DNA of 56,776 bases from an uncultured virus (IMG/VR IMGVR_UViG_3300020057_000339) (IMGVR_UViG_3300020057_000339), one strand, 5' to 3'; shown: positions 47,559 to 56,424, counted from the first letter of the stretch. Made by a program: numbers and translations. Notes: generated from the letters alone by a model not told the origin.

Positions 47559-48319
47559 GTGTAGTCCTCGAAGATACCGTAAATGTGACCACTCTCAATC
47601 ATTTTCTTTAATTCCGAATCCTTGGCCTTAGAAAGACGCTCAACTTCTTCTGCTACTTCTGCTTGAGCGTTACGTGACGAAAGTTCCTGTGCCAGATCGA
47701 CAAGCGTTTGCTTCTGCGAACGCACAGCCTGGAGACGCTGTGAACGACTCATCTTCAATTGCTCCATACCCTGTTGGTACAGCTTCATATGAGCGTTGTA
47801 TTCTTTATGATATCTCTCATCAACAAAACGACGATACTGAGGATCGTTTTCTTGAATTTCGCCGCCTTGAGAACGCTCAAATAATCTTTCTTCTCGTTCT
47901 TTTCGTGCAAGAGCTTGAAAAGCAAGAACAAGTTCTAGCACAGAAGCAAACAAAGCCTGTTCTTCTACTTCTGTCAAACTCTCAGTTGACTTAATAACGC
48001 TAATATACTCCTCAACGAACACTTCTCGTTCTTCATCATTGAAGTTGCGGAACGCCAACTTAAAGCGTGGCGTGTTCTGTAGCTTATTTTCAATAAAAGT
48101 GGCACGCTCATCGCGTGTCATCTCGTCTAGAGTCTTTTCGTCATCGCTATCGTCATTCTTGCCTTTAAGGATGCGAGCCACAGAACGAGCAGCGGTCTTA
48201 CTATTCCAAGAGTATGGAAATTTTTCTCCCATCATCTTGGCGATGTCAACGTAAGTATTGCCTTGCTTGGAAAGTTGAATAACAAGGTCTTTCTCTTCTT
48301 GAGGGAACACCTTAGGCAT
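47555..48319 (-). CDS. Putative terminase small subunit / HTH protein
   Basis: N-terminal HTH (EKDLVIQL..QG.TY.DIAK) plus coiled coil, upstream of TerL in the same operon. Confidence 0.5.
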   Translation of the reverse strand: MPKVFPQEEKDLVIQLSKQGNTYVDIAKMMGEKFPYSWNSKTAARSVARILKGKNDDSDDEKTLDEMTRDERATFIENKLQNTPRFKLAFRNFNDEEREVFVEEYISVIKSTESLTEVEEQALFASVLELVLAFQALARKEREERLFERSQGGEIQENDPQYRRFVDERYHKEYNAHMKLYQQGMEQLKMSRSQRLQAVRSQKQTLVDLAQELSSRNAQAEVAEEVERLSKAKDSELKKMIESGHIYGIFEDYT

Positions 48320-48902
48320 TGTTAATAATCTCCGTCACAATCAAACGAATCTCTCGTTTGGTTCTGGCGGATATCTTTTCTCCGACCAGCATCTTATCAT
48401 AAAAAGGAAGAAGACGAGGTGGCAGTACGCCGCGAATGCTCTGATCTAGTAGCATGGCATCAATTAGTTCATCCTGGCGATTATCTAGTATGTCGCCTTC
48501 AAAGGACGAGGGTCTACGTAAGTCGGCCTTCGTCGCCATATTTTCTCTGTACTGCACGATCTTATCACATCCTATTTCATCTATGGTACATGTTCGTCTT
48601 ATGTGATCCCACAATGGACAACGAACACATGGTGGGTTATTTGGTACCCAAATACCTCTACGCATATTATACAAGAAGTTACGCACGCATGTCTGCAAAT
48701 ACTTGTATGGCGAAGGGCCAATACGATTAGAATCAAAAAACGGCAAAATACGAAGACACTCAATCCTAACTTCCTGAGCTATATCTTTATGATCATAGCC
48801 AGGAATAGGATATCGTCTGCCCTCGGTGTTAATCAATGCCTCAACGATGTCGCTGATGTCACTGTAAGCTAGGGTACCGCTACTAGCGACTACAAAAGTC
48901 AT
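48312..48902 (-). CDS. Phage sigma70-family factor (region 2, SigH/ECF-like) with Cys cluster; probable late sigma
   Basis: PGYDHKDIAQE.RIEC...L..FD......YKYLQTCVRNFLYNMRR matches sigma region 2, followed by C-x2-C-x9-C-x6-C. Confidence 0.75.
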   Translation of the reverse strand: MTFVVASSGTLAYSDISDIVEALINTEGRRYPIPGYDHKDIAQEVRIECLRILPFFDSNRIGPSPYKYLQTCVRNFLYNMRRGIWVPNNPPCVRCPLWDHIRRTCTIDEIGCDKIVQYRENMATKADLRRPSSFEGDILDNRQDELIDAMLLDQSIRGVLPPRLLPFYDKMLVGEKISARTKREIRLIVTEIINNA

Positions 48903-49231
48903 TCCTTCTCGTTGGTCTTTTCGCTATCCGTAACCGTCGTTGAGTTTTCGGAAATAATCTTCTTTTCGTCCGTCTTGTCCGTTGCTTTAGCAGGAGGAGT
49001 AATGGGCTTGAAATTAGGTGAAGCTTTGGCGACGCCCAGTGGCACTTCCGGCTTCAGTTCGCCAGTGATTTTTTGAGGTACCTGCACTTGTGGATCTTCG
49101 TTTGGAGCGTGACGAGCGGTGTGTCCGCCAGTGTTGATGGATACAAAATCGAGGTTATTGTTGTTATCTTTATTACGACTAATGCGTTGATTCATTGTTC
49201 TTACCTTCACTTGTGTTACAAAAGCGGTCAA
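48899..49231 (-). CDS. Low-complexity hypothetical protein
   Basis: ORF coupled to the sigma gene; the true start is probably the internal MNQRIS. Confidence 0.5.
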   Translation of the reverse strand: MTAFVTQVKVRTMNQRISRNKDNNNNLDFVSINTGGHTARHAPNEDPQVQVPQKITGELKPEVPLGVAKASPNFKPITPPAKATDKTDEKKIISENSTTVTDSEKTNEKE

Positions 49232-49454
49232 CGAGGTTATGCATGGTCTGCCTCAACCCTTCTGGTGACTCACCAATAATGAAAAACATGGGCTGTTGGG
49301 CGGCAATTTCACAAATTTTTGGTCCGCATCGTTCTGCCTCGGCCAATGTGTTGGGGCCAAATGCCACCATCTTGAAAGCCATTACCAGAGCGTTATCCGG
49401 TAACGACCCTTCAAGAGTTGCCAACTCTTCAGTAGTTACTAATCTAATTTCCAT
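49179..49454 (-). CDS. Hypothetical protein, first gene of the minus-strand block
   Basis: 91-aa ORF starting MEIRLVTTEELA. Confidence 0.65.
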   Translation of the reverse strand: MEIRLVTTEELATLEGSLPDNALVMAFKMVAFGPNTLAEAERCGPKICEIAAQQPMFFIIGESPEGLRQTMHNLVDRFCNTSEGKNNESTH

Positions 49455-49502
49455 TTTCTTGTAAAACCAATGTCTTGTCGCGGCATCACTAGTTAATACA
49501 TG

Positions 49503-49582
49503 GGCTAACTGATATTCCCTCTTTTTAAGCCGCCCCGTGCTAACCTAACATAGTTCCTGCTCTCAACGGGAGGCGTGGGCAT
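49503..49582. repeat. Degenerate, deleted direct copy of 49735-49838
   Basis: GGCTAACTG.TATT.CCTCTTTT.AAGCCGCC..CCGTGCTAAC...CAACGGGAGGC.TGGGCAT with short internal deletions. Confidence 0.85.
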
Positions 49583-49598
49583 CTACACAAGTGGTAAA

Positions 49599-49806
49599 TA
49601 AATCCACGATTTTACTTACCAAACCGCCAAAACCATGTAAGCATAAAACAGCAAGGCTGTGATAACGCTAGGCGAAGCCGAGTGTGACCAGCTATATGAG
49701 CTAACATGTTGTCACGGCATCAGTAGCTAATATAGGCTAACTGTTATTTTCCTCTTTTCAAGCCGCCTCCCGTGCTAACGTTAGTTTAATCTAACGTGGT
49801 TCTTGC
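49599..49806. repeat. Divergent intergenic element, partner of the inverted copy at 17132-17339
   Basis: 200/208 identical to the reverse complement of 17132-17339, with a 113-bp perfect core. Confidence 0.97.
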
Positions 49807-49830
49807 AATGGGACACTTTCAACGGGAGGC

Positions 49831-50517
49831 ATGGGCATGAGTAAGTTAATGGTTGGACTGTTTGTCATTTTGATGATGGCATGTACCACATCCCAAAAAG
49901 CCGAGCCAAAAATTCTATCTACGGCGTTACCTGAATATCTTGTGCGTGTCAATTTTGTTCTCTTTACACAGGAAATCGCTCAAGCCCCAGTAACAAGTCA
50001 AGCATTTCAGAACGCTCTTGGTGAATGGGCTGACGTACTACCAATTGAGTGTGCGGTTTTCTTGGAGCCACCGGCAACCTTTCCATTCAATCTGGATTCG
50101 ATGGCCAATCAACGTGGCGTCATTCGGGTTCGCATTGTGGACATCCATGCCCCACCATACAATCAACCATTTGAAATACTTGGCTTTTGGGATTGGGGTC
50201 AAAACTTATTAGCACTAGATCGTATGACCTTGGAGCTAGATGCTGAAATGGCTCACGTCGTCGCTCTACATGAACTAGGACACGTTTTTGGTTTGCCGCA
50301 TTTTTTGAATATAGGTGCTCAGATAGGGTCTACTGGCTCTTACATGATTCCTGCGGAGTTTGACGCTCGTGAGCTAATCATGTTTCCGGTTGTAGGCAAC
50401 AGAAACAAGTCTTCGAAATTGACGAAATTAGAGGCAACGCTAGCATGGAAAAATTTTCGGGGTTTGCAAGAAGTTGGCCGCAATGACTGTTTCCAGTTGA
50501 CAAGTCATTGTAAATGA
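49831..50517 (+). CDS. Metzincin (matrixin-like) zinc metalloprotease, predicted lipoprotein
   Basis: HELGHVFGLPH (HExxHxxGxxH), Met-turn LIMFP, lipobox-like MMAC after a hydrophobic stretch. Confidence 0.85.
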   Translation: MGMSKLMVGLFVILMMACTTSQKAEPKILSTALPEYLVRVNFVLFTQEIAQAPVTSQAFQNALGEWADVLPIECAVFLEPPATFPFNLDSMANQRGVIRVRIVDIHAPPYNQPFEILGFWDWGQNLLALDRMTLELDAEMAHVVALHELGHVFGLPHFLNIGAQIGSTGSYMIPAEFDARELIMFPVVGNRNKSSKLTKLEATLAWKNFRGLQEVGRNDCFQLTSHCK

Positions 50518-50525
50518 GGTATCAT
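50497..50525 (+). promoter_or_regulatory. Sigma70-type promoter TTGACA-17-TATCAT
   Basis: Perfect -35, 17-nt spacer, 5/6 match at -10; ATG only 5 nt downstream. Confidence 0.75.
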
Positions 50526-50530
50526 CAAGT

Positions 50531-50776
50531 ATGCGAGTAAATATTAAGTATGTAACTGAGTTTACAATCAAGAATGGTAAGATCCGTAGCAGCCGAGTCA
50601 TCAATGGCGAGAATGCTAACTTGGCTCAGCAAGCCGCTATTAACACTGCGAAGCCTTTGCTCGCGGCGGTTGTGCGTTCTCGCTTGACGAATAATCAAGA
50701 CTGTTTAATCAACGTCCGTGTAGGATATGTAGAAACTTCTCGTGGACTAGAGCTGACTTTTAGGGTATGTTCCTAG
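50531..50776 (+). CDS. Hypothetical protein
   Basis: 81-aa ORF directly after the promoter. Confidence 0.6.
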   Translation: MRVNIKYVTEFTIKNGKIRSSRVINGENANLAQQAAINTAKPLLAAVVRSRLTNNQDCLINVRVGYVETSRGLELTFRVCS

Positions 50777-50777
50777 T

Positions 50778-51068
50778 ATGACTGATACACTTAATGACGT
50801 ACTAAATAATCCCGCGATCAAGACTGGCCTTGAATTGCTTATGGCTAGTCGTCCCGAACTTGGACTTGCATTAAGTGTTGCTACGACATTACTTAATGGA
50901 TGGAATGAACAGGCTCAAACGAACACGGCTATTAAAACAATTGATGTGCGAGCAGCAGAACATATCAAGCGTCTCGCCACACAAAAACTACGTCCGACAG
51001 AACAGAACGAGATTGAAATTCGGTTACACGAGTTACTCACTATTCTCATTAAGTTAGGGAGGGTATGA
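50778..51068 (+). CDS. Hypothetical protein
   Basis: 96-aa ORF in operon. Confidence 0.6.
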   Translation: MTDTLNDVLNNPAIKTGLELLMASRPELGLALSVATTLLNGWNEQAQTNTAIKTIDVRAAEHIKRLATQKLRPTEQNEIEIRLHELLTILIKLGRV

Positions 51069-51562
51069 TGAGGTTTTATGTTTACACGTCAACAAAAGAC
51101 GAATTAGAATTCATTGATGAGGAATGTCTTGAGCAGTTTGCCGCACATGAATTTGATCTCGCCATTCATAAGTTTAGTGGTGTCGCTATTGATGCCGAAG
51201 ACATTAATGATGCTTTGATATCGTATTGTCATCCAACTAGTACACACGGCGAGTATCTGATGATAGATGAGCCGCAAGCTACCGTTACGAGACGAGACAT
51301 TGAATTGACTAAGAATGGACTACAAGAGTCTTTTAATCAAGTCAAGGCTAAACTAGAATATCTGCGTGCATGTATCAAAATTCAAGTTGCTTTGACTAAG
51401 ATGCATGAAGCGAATAAGTTAATGAATGAAGCGGCAAACGAATTGTTTGTAGTACATCATGAACCCACAGAAACGCCTCCAGCAGTTATTTTTAAGCGAA
51501 TTAGCGACGCAGCCGTTAATATAAAGATTAAATATCATGGCGACACAAAGAAAACTGGATGA
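51065..51562 (+). CDS. Hypothetical protein
   Basis: 165-aa ORF with SD GGAGG and ATGA coupling. Confidence 0.65.
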   Translation: MMRFYVYTSTKDELEFIDEECLEQFAAHEFDLAIHKFSGVAIDAEDINDALISYCHPTSTHGEYLMIDEPQATVTRRDIELTKNGLQESFNQVKAKLEYLRACIKIQVALTKMHEANKLMNEAANELFVVHHEPTETPPAVIFKRISDAAVNIKIKYHGDTKKTG

Positions 51563-51980
51563 AGCGTATATGCATTGTGCTAGAGCCATAGCGGCTCTAA
51601 GTTATGCGGAACGTAAGAAGGTTGGGGCCATTATGGTGGCCAATAGTCACATTATTGCCGAGGGATGCAACGGCACTTATGGCGGTGCAGATAATCAATG
51701 TGAAACCGATGATGGTTTAGTTACAAAGCCCGAGGTCTTGCACGCCGAGTCGAATGCTATCGCGAAAATTGCTAAATCAACAAATAGCTCGCAGGATGCT
51801 ACTCTGTATGTCACCTGCTCCCCATGCTACGAATGTAGCAAGATGATTATTCAGGCCGGTATCAAGCGAGTAGTGTACGACGAAGAATATAGGCTCGCCG
51901 AAGGGCTCGCCTTATTACGCAAAGCGGGGATTGTGGTAGACAAGCTTATTAACATCTTTAATCCTGAGACAATCATATGA
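51537..51980 (+). CDS. dCMP deaminase
   Basis: KVGA, HAESNAI, TLYVTCSPCYECSKMIIQAGIKRVVY. Confidence 0.93.
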   Translation: MATQRKLDEAYMHCARAIAALSYAERKKVGAIMVANSHIIAEGCNGTYGGADNQCETDDGLVTKPEVLHAESNAIAKIAKSTNSSQDATLYVTCSPCYECSKMIIQAGIKRVVYDEEYRLAEGLALLRKAGIVVDKLINIFNPETII

Positions 51981-52540
51981 AATTTTTACTTGCTCTTCTT
52001 TTCACTTCTTGTAGCATTAATCAACCTCACGTTGATTTGATGGCCGGTGTACGTGACTTTGATAGTCGTGAAAGTTGGGAACAAACGGACCAACAAGTTG
52101 CGGTCGGTATCCAGGCTCACCTAGCTGGACAAGAAGGATTCGGACCAGAATTCTCACTGATTATTAGCGACGACACTTCACGGGACGATCAGTACGTGAA
52201 TCGTCCCGTGAATTACACCAAGTCACACATTGAAGAACTTTCTATCGGTATGCGAAAGAACTTCATGCTTGGCGATTCTTTTCAAGTGTACGTAAGTGGT
52301 GGGCTCTCTGCTACCGCCCTTAAAACAAAAGTAGACGTTACGTATGCGGGAGAGTTTTCCGATCGTAGCGTGGCGTACTCGCCTTATGCACAAACGGGAC
52401 TGAATTTTCTGTTTGACGAACACTATACGTGTGGTATCATGTATCGACGTACGTTCTGGGGCGAAGACGAAGACATCTGGGTTAACGAACCGCCCACGGA
52501 TAGCAACCTATTTATGTTCACGCTTGGCTACTCATTCTGA
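51977..52540 (+). CDS. Outer-membrane beta-barrel protein
   Basis: Short signal ending in LLFTSC, alternating amphipathic strands, C-terminal LGYSF beta-signal. Confidence 0.8.
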   Translation: MKFLLALLFTSCSINQPHVDLMAGVRDFDSRESWEQTDQQVAVGIQAHLAGQEGFGPEFSLIISDDTSRDDQYVNRPVNYTKSHIEELSIGMRKNFMLGDSFQVYVSGGLSATALKTKVDVTYAGEFSDRSVAYSPYAQTGLNFLFDEHYTCGIMYRRTFWGEDEDIWVNEPPTDSNLFMFTLGYSF

Positions 52541-52548
52541 AAAATCTA

Positions 52549-52577
52549 TTGACCGTGGCCGCTTTATGTGTTACTAT
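52549..52577 (+). promoter_or_regulatory. Sigma70-type promoter TTGACC-17-TACTAT with extended -10 TG
   Basis: Near-consensus elements upstream of the release factor gene. Confidence 0.75.
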
Positions 52578-52615
52578 ACATTGCCGCGATGGCTACATAC
52601 TAGTGAGATAACATT

Positions 52616-53327
52616 ATGAAAACTTCATACGTTGACGGATCGCACGCCGTCTGTCTTTGAGATCCAAGCCGGTGAGGGCGGAACAGACTCTAAGTTGTTC
52701 TGCGAGAATCTTGGATTGGCCTATGTTAAATATGCAAACAGCAATGGTTGCAAGCTTGAAAACGAAGATTGGAGCTTGGGGAAGATATCGCTGGTTTTTA
52801 GCGGAACGAACGCAGCCAGTCTCTTTGCTGCCGAAGCTGGCAAACATTGCGTACAGCGAGTCCCACCTACGGAAAAACGGGGGAGGCGACAGACCTCAAT
52901 CGTAACGGTCGCTGTGACGCAACTGGCTTCGGAAGCTTTAGTCACTAAGCTCAATATGAGCGAAGTGACTATAATGACTAAGAGGGGAAGCGGTCCTGGT
53001 GGTCAACATCGCAATAAAACAGAATCTTGTGTTGTTGCCCGACACGATCCGACTGGTATTAGCGTAACTATTGATGGGAGGGAGCAGCACTCCAATAAGC
53101 GGCTCGCACTCAAGATTCTCACAGCAAGACTTGAAAAAGAAAAAGTGGCGGGGGTAAACGCTAAGGCCGCAGCAGCTAAGCGACAACAGGTTGGCAACGG
53201 TGGTCGCACAGAAAAGATTAGAACTTACAACTTTATCGACCAGCGAGCCGTGGATCACAGAACAGGTATTAAGACTAATAGGGTTGAAGATGTAATTGGT
53301 AGGGGTAGGTTTGAATTGCTGAAATGA
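52616..53327 (+). CDS. Truncated class-1 peptide release factor (RF1-type PxT, GGQ), possibly expressed by a +1 frameshift at CTT-TGA 52655-52660
   Basis: EIQAGEGG, EAGKHCVQRVPPTEKRGRRQTS, GSGPGGQHRNK, EKIRTYNF; lacks domain 1. The ATG 52616 frame ends in CTT TGA; an alternative TTG start lies at 52632. Confidence 0.88.
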
Positions 53328-53836
53328 CCATTCATGACGTAAAACCATTCAAGCAACATACCCGCTGGAGTTGCGGCCCAGCGAGCCTTAGGACGGCTCT
53401 ATACTATCAGTTTGGCTTGGATTTTACCGATCGTGAATTGGCTGTTGTTCTTGGTACTACCGAGAACGGCACGAGTGACTTTGAGCATGGCTTGAAGATC
53501 CTTGGGTTTAATTTTAAACAAAGTGATCATGGGAATTTCAATAAGCTTAAAAAAGCGTTGGCGAAACACCAACTGCCAATCGTCCATGTCGTCATGAAAG
53601 ACGGCATCGGCCATTATATGATAGTGACCGGCTATGACGACATGGACGTTATTTTGAGTGACCCCTTTACTGGCACAATCGTCAAATATGGGATCCCTTT
53701 TTTCCTTGGCGTTTGGAAAATCGAGGAACGCGAATCCTCAACTCGTTGGTTTCTTATTGTGACTGGACAAAGTAAGCATAAAGTACAAGCATTGATTCGA
53801 CAGTTGCAAAACATTCAGAGGAAGCTAAGCACATGA
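53324..53836 (+). CDS. C39-like cysteine peptidase
   Basis: KQ....SCGPASL, GHYMIVTGYD, ILSDP catalytic motifs. Confidence 0.85.
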   Translation: MTIHDVKPFKQHTRWSCGPASLRTALYYQFGLDFTDRELAVVLGTTENGTSDFEHGLKILGFNFKQSDHGNFNKLKKALAKHQLPIVHVVMKDGIGHYMIVTGYDDMDVILSDPFTGTIVKYGIPFFLGVWKIEERESSTRWFLIVTGQSKHKVQALIRQLQNIQRKLST

Positions 53837-54090
53837 ATTGGACGGAAGTACATTGGTGGCTCTTTTTTGTCGGCGTCGGCCTAGATGTTATCTGGGTACT
53901 CTGGATGAGTGCCGTCGAAAAGGAATGGCCGATTCGTGCTGGCTTCTGGGGTATGGCTACTGCCGCAGTCGGTCTATTTGCTACAATTGAGATTGTGCAT
54001 GACTGGCAGCACGCTGTACCGTACTTAGTTGGTTTGTTTTTCGGATCATATATCGGAGTTTTCTTGAAAAAGAAGAAAAAATATGCGTAA
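53833..54090 (+). CDS. Small membrane protein (3 predicted TM segments)
   Basis: Three hydrophobic segments and a poly-Lys C-terminus. Confidence 0.7.
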   Translation: MNWTEVHWWLFFVGVGLDVIWVLWMSAVEKEWPIRAGFWGMATAAVGLFATIEIVHDWQHAVPYLVGLFFGSYIGVFLKKKKKYA

Positions 54091-55861
54091 GCAACCTAGC
54101 TTGACTATTGTGATGGGAGTCGTCGATAGTGGCGACTTCTCTTGCGTTTTGCCTCTTGGTAATGGCAAGAAATACAATCGCTTTGTGTGTTCCGGCCAGC
54201 CCGCACTTATGGGTGCTCACGTCTATACCGAAAACACCGAAGGCGTTGCTCTTTGTTCTTTGCGAATCAATAATGGTACGCTTGAACGTGACGCCGCTGG
54301 AAAGTGGATGTGGCATGGCATCGTTCGTTATGACTCGCTTCGCATTACCGCTCCCCACGGCAATGTGATTGTCACTGAGGATGGTGAGATTACACCTACA
54401 CTGACATTGCACACTGGCGACATCCTCAGCTTCTTGCCGCGTGCCACTATTTCTCAACGCTTCGCTGTCTGCCGTCCAGAGCTGATTGCCTTGGCGGCAA
54501 TCAAGCTTAGAATGGAAGATTTAGAAGATCATCAATGGCAGCCACTTAAGGGTAGCTATGGCCCGAGCAAGATTCTTTTGCCCAATGTCGATAATCAAAA
54601 CTACGAGGCTAGCTCGCTAGCCGAGTATGAAGCTTGGGTCAATGCTTGGCGTACAGGTGAACCAAAAGGCGGCTGGGAAAGCGTAGCTCCACGTATTGGT
54701 CCACGCATGGGTGCTGGTGAGTCGGCAGCGTATACGCACGGCGGTAATGGTATCGACGTAAACCACGGTTATGAGCAATGTCGCGGTAACACACTGTTAC
54801 GCCGCTTTAAACACAATAGATGGATGGATCGCATGAATGTGGCCATCTTCGATGGTCGTGGCCGTCAATTGACCGTCCTTGACATCAATACATCAGTGCA
54901 GCAAATCAATGGTCCGGGTTTTTGGCAAGGGCAGAACGATCTTTCTACGTTCCTTAGAGGGGAGTGGGGAGACGCACAGTATCCGCAATTCAATCCTGGC
55001 TCATCAACGAATGCGGATGAGTGGAACGTACGCTCGATCGACACCGCTCACATGATTCGTGCCGCTTCAAACGGCATAGCCGTTTGGGAGTATACCCGTG
55101 ACCCTATGATTGCCGACGATCTTGTGATGCTGTTTGAGAATACGCGATTCACAGAATTTTCGGATCGTGAGGACGCAGTGCCTCACGATCCGAGTTACAC
55201 GGCCCCGTCGATTAATGCAATGGCATATCAGATCAACTTGAATCCGCATGACGGGGCCGAGATTGACAGAAGGTTCGCTTGGAGCTTGTATCTGGGGGCA
55301 CAGGTGCATCGAATGGGATTTGATCGCACTTCGTGGCTTTCAAAGATGGTCAGCCTTATGGATGAGGCCGTAATGCCTAACGGTATTGTTGGAACTTACC
55401 ATTCTGATTACTTCCCAGCTAATACGACGGGAATTCAGACGTTCCATGAAATGCTTGTATGGATGGCATACCACGCTGCACAAACACAATTGAAAAAGTC
55501 GCCTGCCGCAAAGTTGACGGCTGTTTGTACAACGATTCTTGACATGCCATCAATTAATGACGAGTATTGGCAAGGTACCGTAAAAGGGCCTCCGCATTGG
55601 ATTTGGACTCATGTCAACTCGGTACCCGTACCTGTGAGCGTGGCTAACAGCAATGGGGGGGGCGATGCGGCACACACGAATCACCTGCTCGCACTCACAT
55701 ACATGAGTACTCGCAGGGTAGGATGGTTGGACGTTTCCTTACGCCATTGGTTCGTCGCTTCAAGTAGGGAAGCAAAGCTAGCGGACTTGCGTGCGATGAG
55801 CGACAAGAGTTGGGGAGCTTGTTTGGAAGCGGTCCTGGCTCTCGCACAGCCTAAGACCTGA
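54083..55861 (+). CDS. Large hypothetical protein
   Basis: 592-aa ORF, Trp/His-rich with a helical C-terminal half; no motif recognised. Confidence 0.7.
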   Translation: MRKQPSLTIVMGVVDSGDFSCVLPLGNGKKYNRFVCSGQPALMGAHVYTENTEGVALCSLRINNGTLERDAAGKWMWHGIVRYDSLRITAPHGNVIVTEDGEITPTLTLHTGDILSFLPRATISQRFAVCRPELIALAAIKLRMEDLEDHQWQPLKGSYGPSKILLPNVDNQNYEASSLAEYEAWVNAWRTGEPKGGWESVAPRIGPRMGAGESAAYTHGGNGIDVNHGYEQCRGNTLLRRFKHNRWMDRMNVAIFDGRGRQLTVLDINTSVQQINGPGFWQGQNDLSTFLRGEWGDAQYPQFNPGSSTNADEWNVRSIDTAHMIRAASNGIAVWEYTRDPMIADDLVMLFENTRFTEFSDREDAVPHDPSYTAPSINAMAYQINLNPHDGAEIDRRFAWSLYLGAQVHRMGFDRTSWLSKMVSLMDEAVMPNGIVGTYHSDYFPANTTGIQTFHEMLVWMAYHAAQTQLKKSPAAKLTAVCTTILDMPSINDEYWQGTVKGPPHWIWTHVNSVPVPVSVANSNGGGDAAHTNHLLALTYMSTRRVGWLDVSLRHWFVASSREAKLADLRAMSDKSWGACLEAVLALAQPKT

Positions 55862-56019
55862 GGAGATAGCTTCTGAAAAGTGCGTCGCCCTGTGGAAAAG
55901 CCCCCCGCCGCCTCACCGGGTAACGGAAAAGTTTTCCACCGTGAAAAAACCCCCTCCCCGCCATTATGGCATCGACTGCCATATGGGCTGGGAGTGGAAA
56001 ACTCTTCAGTGTGAGAAGA

Positions 56020-56277
56020 TTATTCTTCCCACTTGGAATAATATTCGGTGTCGATGCAATCTGCACAATCGTGCTCATTCGCGACGCTCGCGATAACGTC
56101 GTCCCGATTCACGAGCGTGCCATCGTCGGCACGTTCGAAGGCTTCACCGTGATAGCGTAGCGTCGCATGACACGCACCGCATTCGAATACGGTGTCCATC
56201 GTGCCATCGTCGGTTAGAAACATGTTGGGAAAAACTTTCATGGTAGAGTTACGCGAAGCGAGCGATAAGAATCGCAA
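56020..56277 (-). CDS. Small Cys-containing hypothetical protein
   Basis: CGAC and HDCADC motifs; start may be MFLTDD at 56223. Confidence 0.5.
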   Translation of the reverse strand: MRFLSLASRNSTMKVFPNMFLTDDGTMDTVFECGACHATLRYHGEAFERADDGTLVNRDDVIASVANEHDCADCIDTEYYSKWEE

Positions 56278-56424
56278 CCATGTAGGCCGGGATTGCGAGT
56301 AGAAGAATGACGGAAAGTGTGCGAAACTGGCGTGTCATGATTCGGTCCCTCTGAAGTGTCGCATGATTGCGATAGGGTAGTATCGGCTTGAAAAGGTAAC
56401 TAGTTGAGACTTTTCAGACTTTTC

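Noticed and set aside
1659..48872. Numerous plus-strand ORFs of 60-175 aa
   Set aside because: They are antisense shadows of well-supported minus-strand genes and lack recognisable motifs.
17132..49806. The repeat pair as a diversity-generating retroelement TR/VR
   Set aside because: The 8 mismatches are not adenine-specific, both copies are non-coding, and no reverse transcriptase is present in the window.
52616..53327. Stop-codon reassignment implied by a phage release factor
   Set aside because: Long genes are intact in the standard code, and TGA, TAG and TAA all end genes, including ATGA overlaps (e.g. 4928, 53324).
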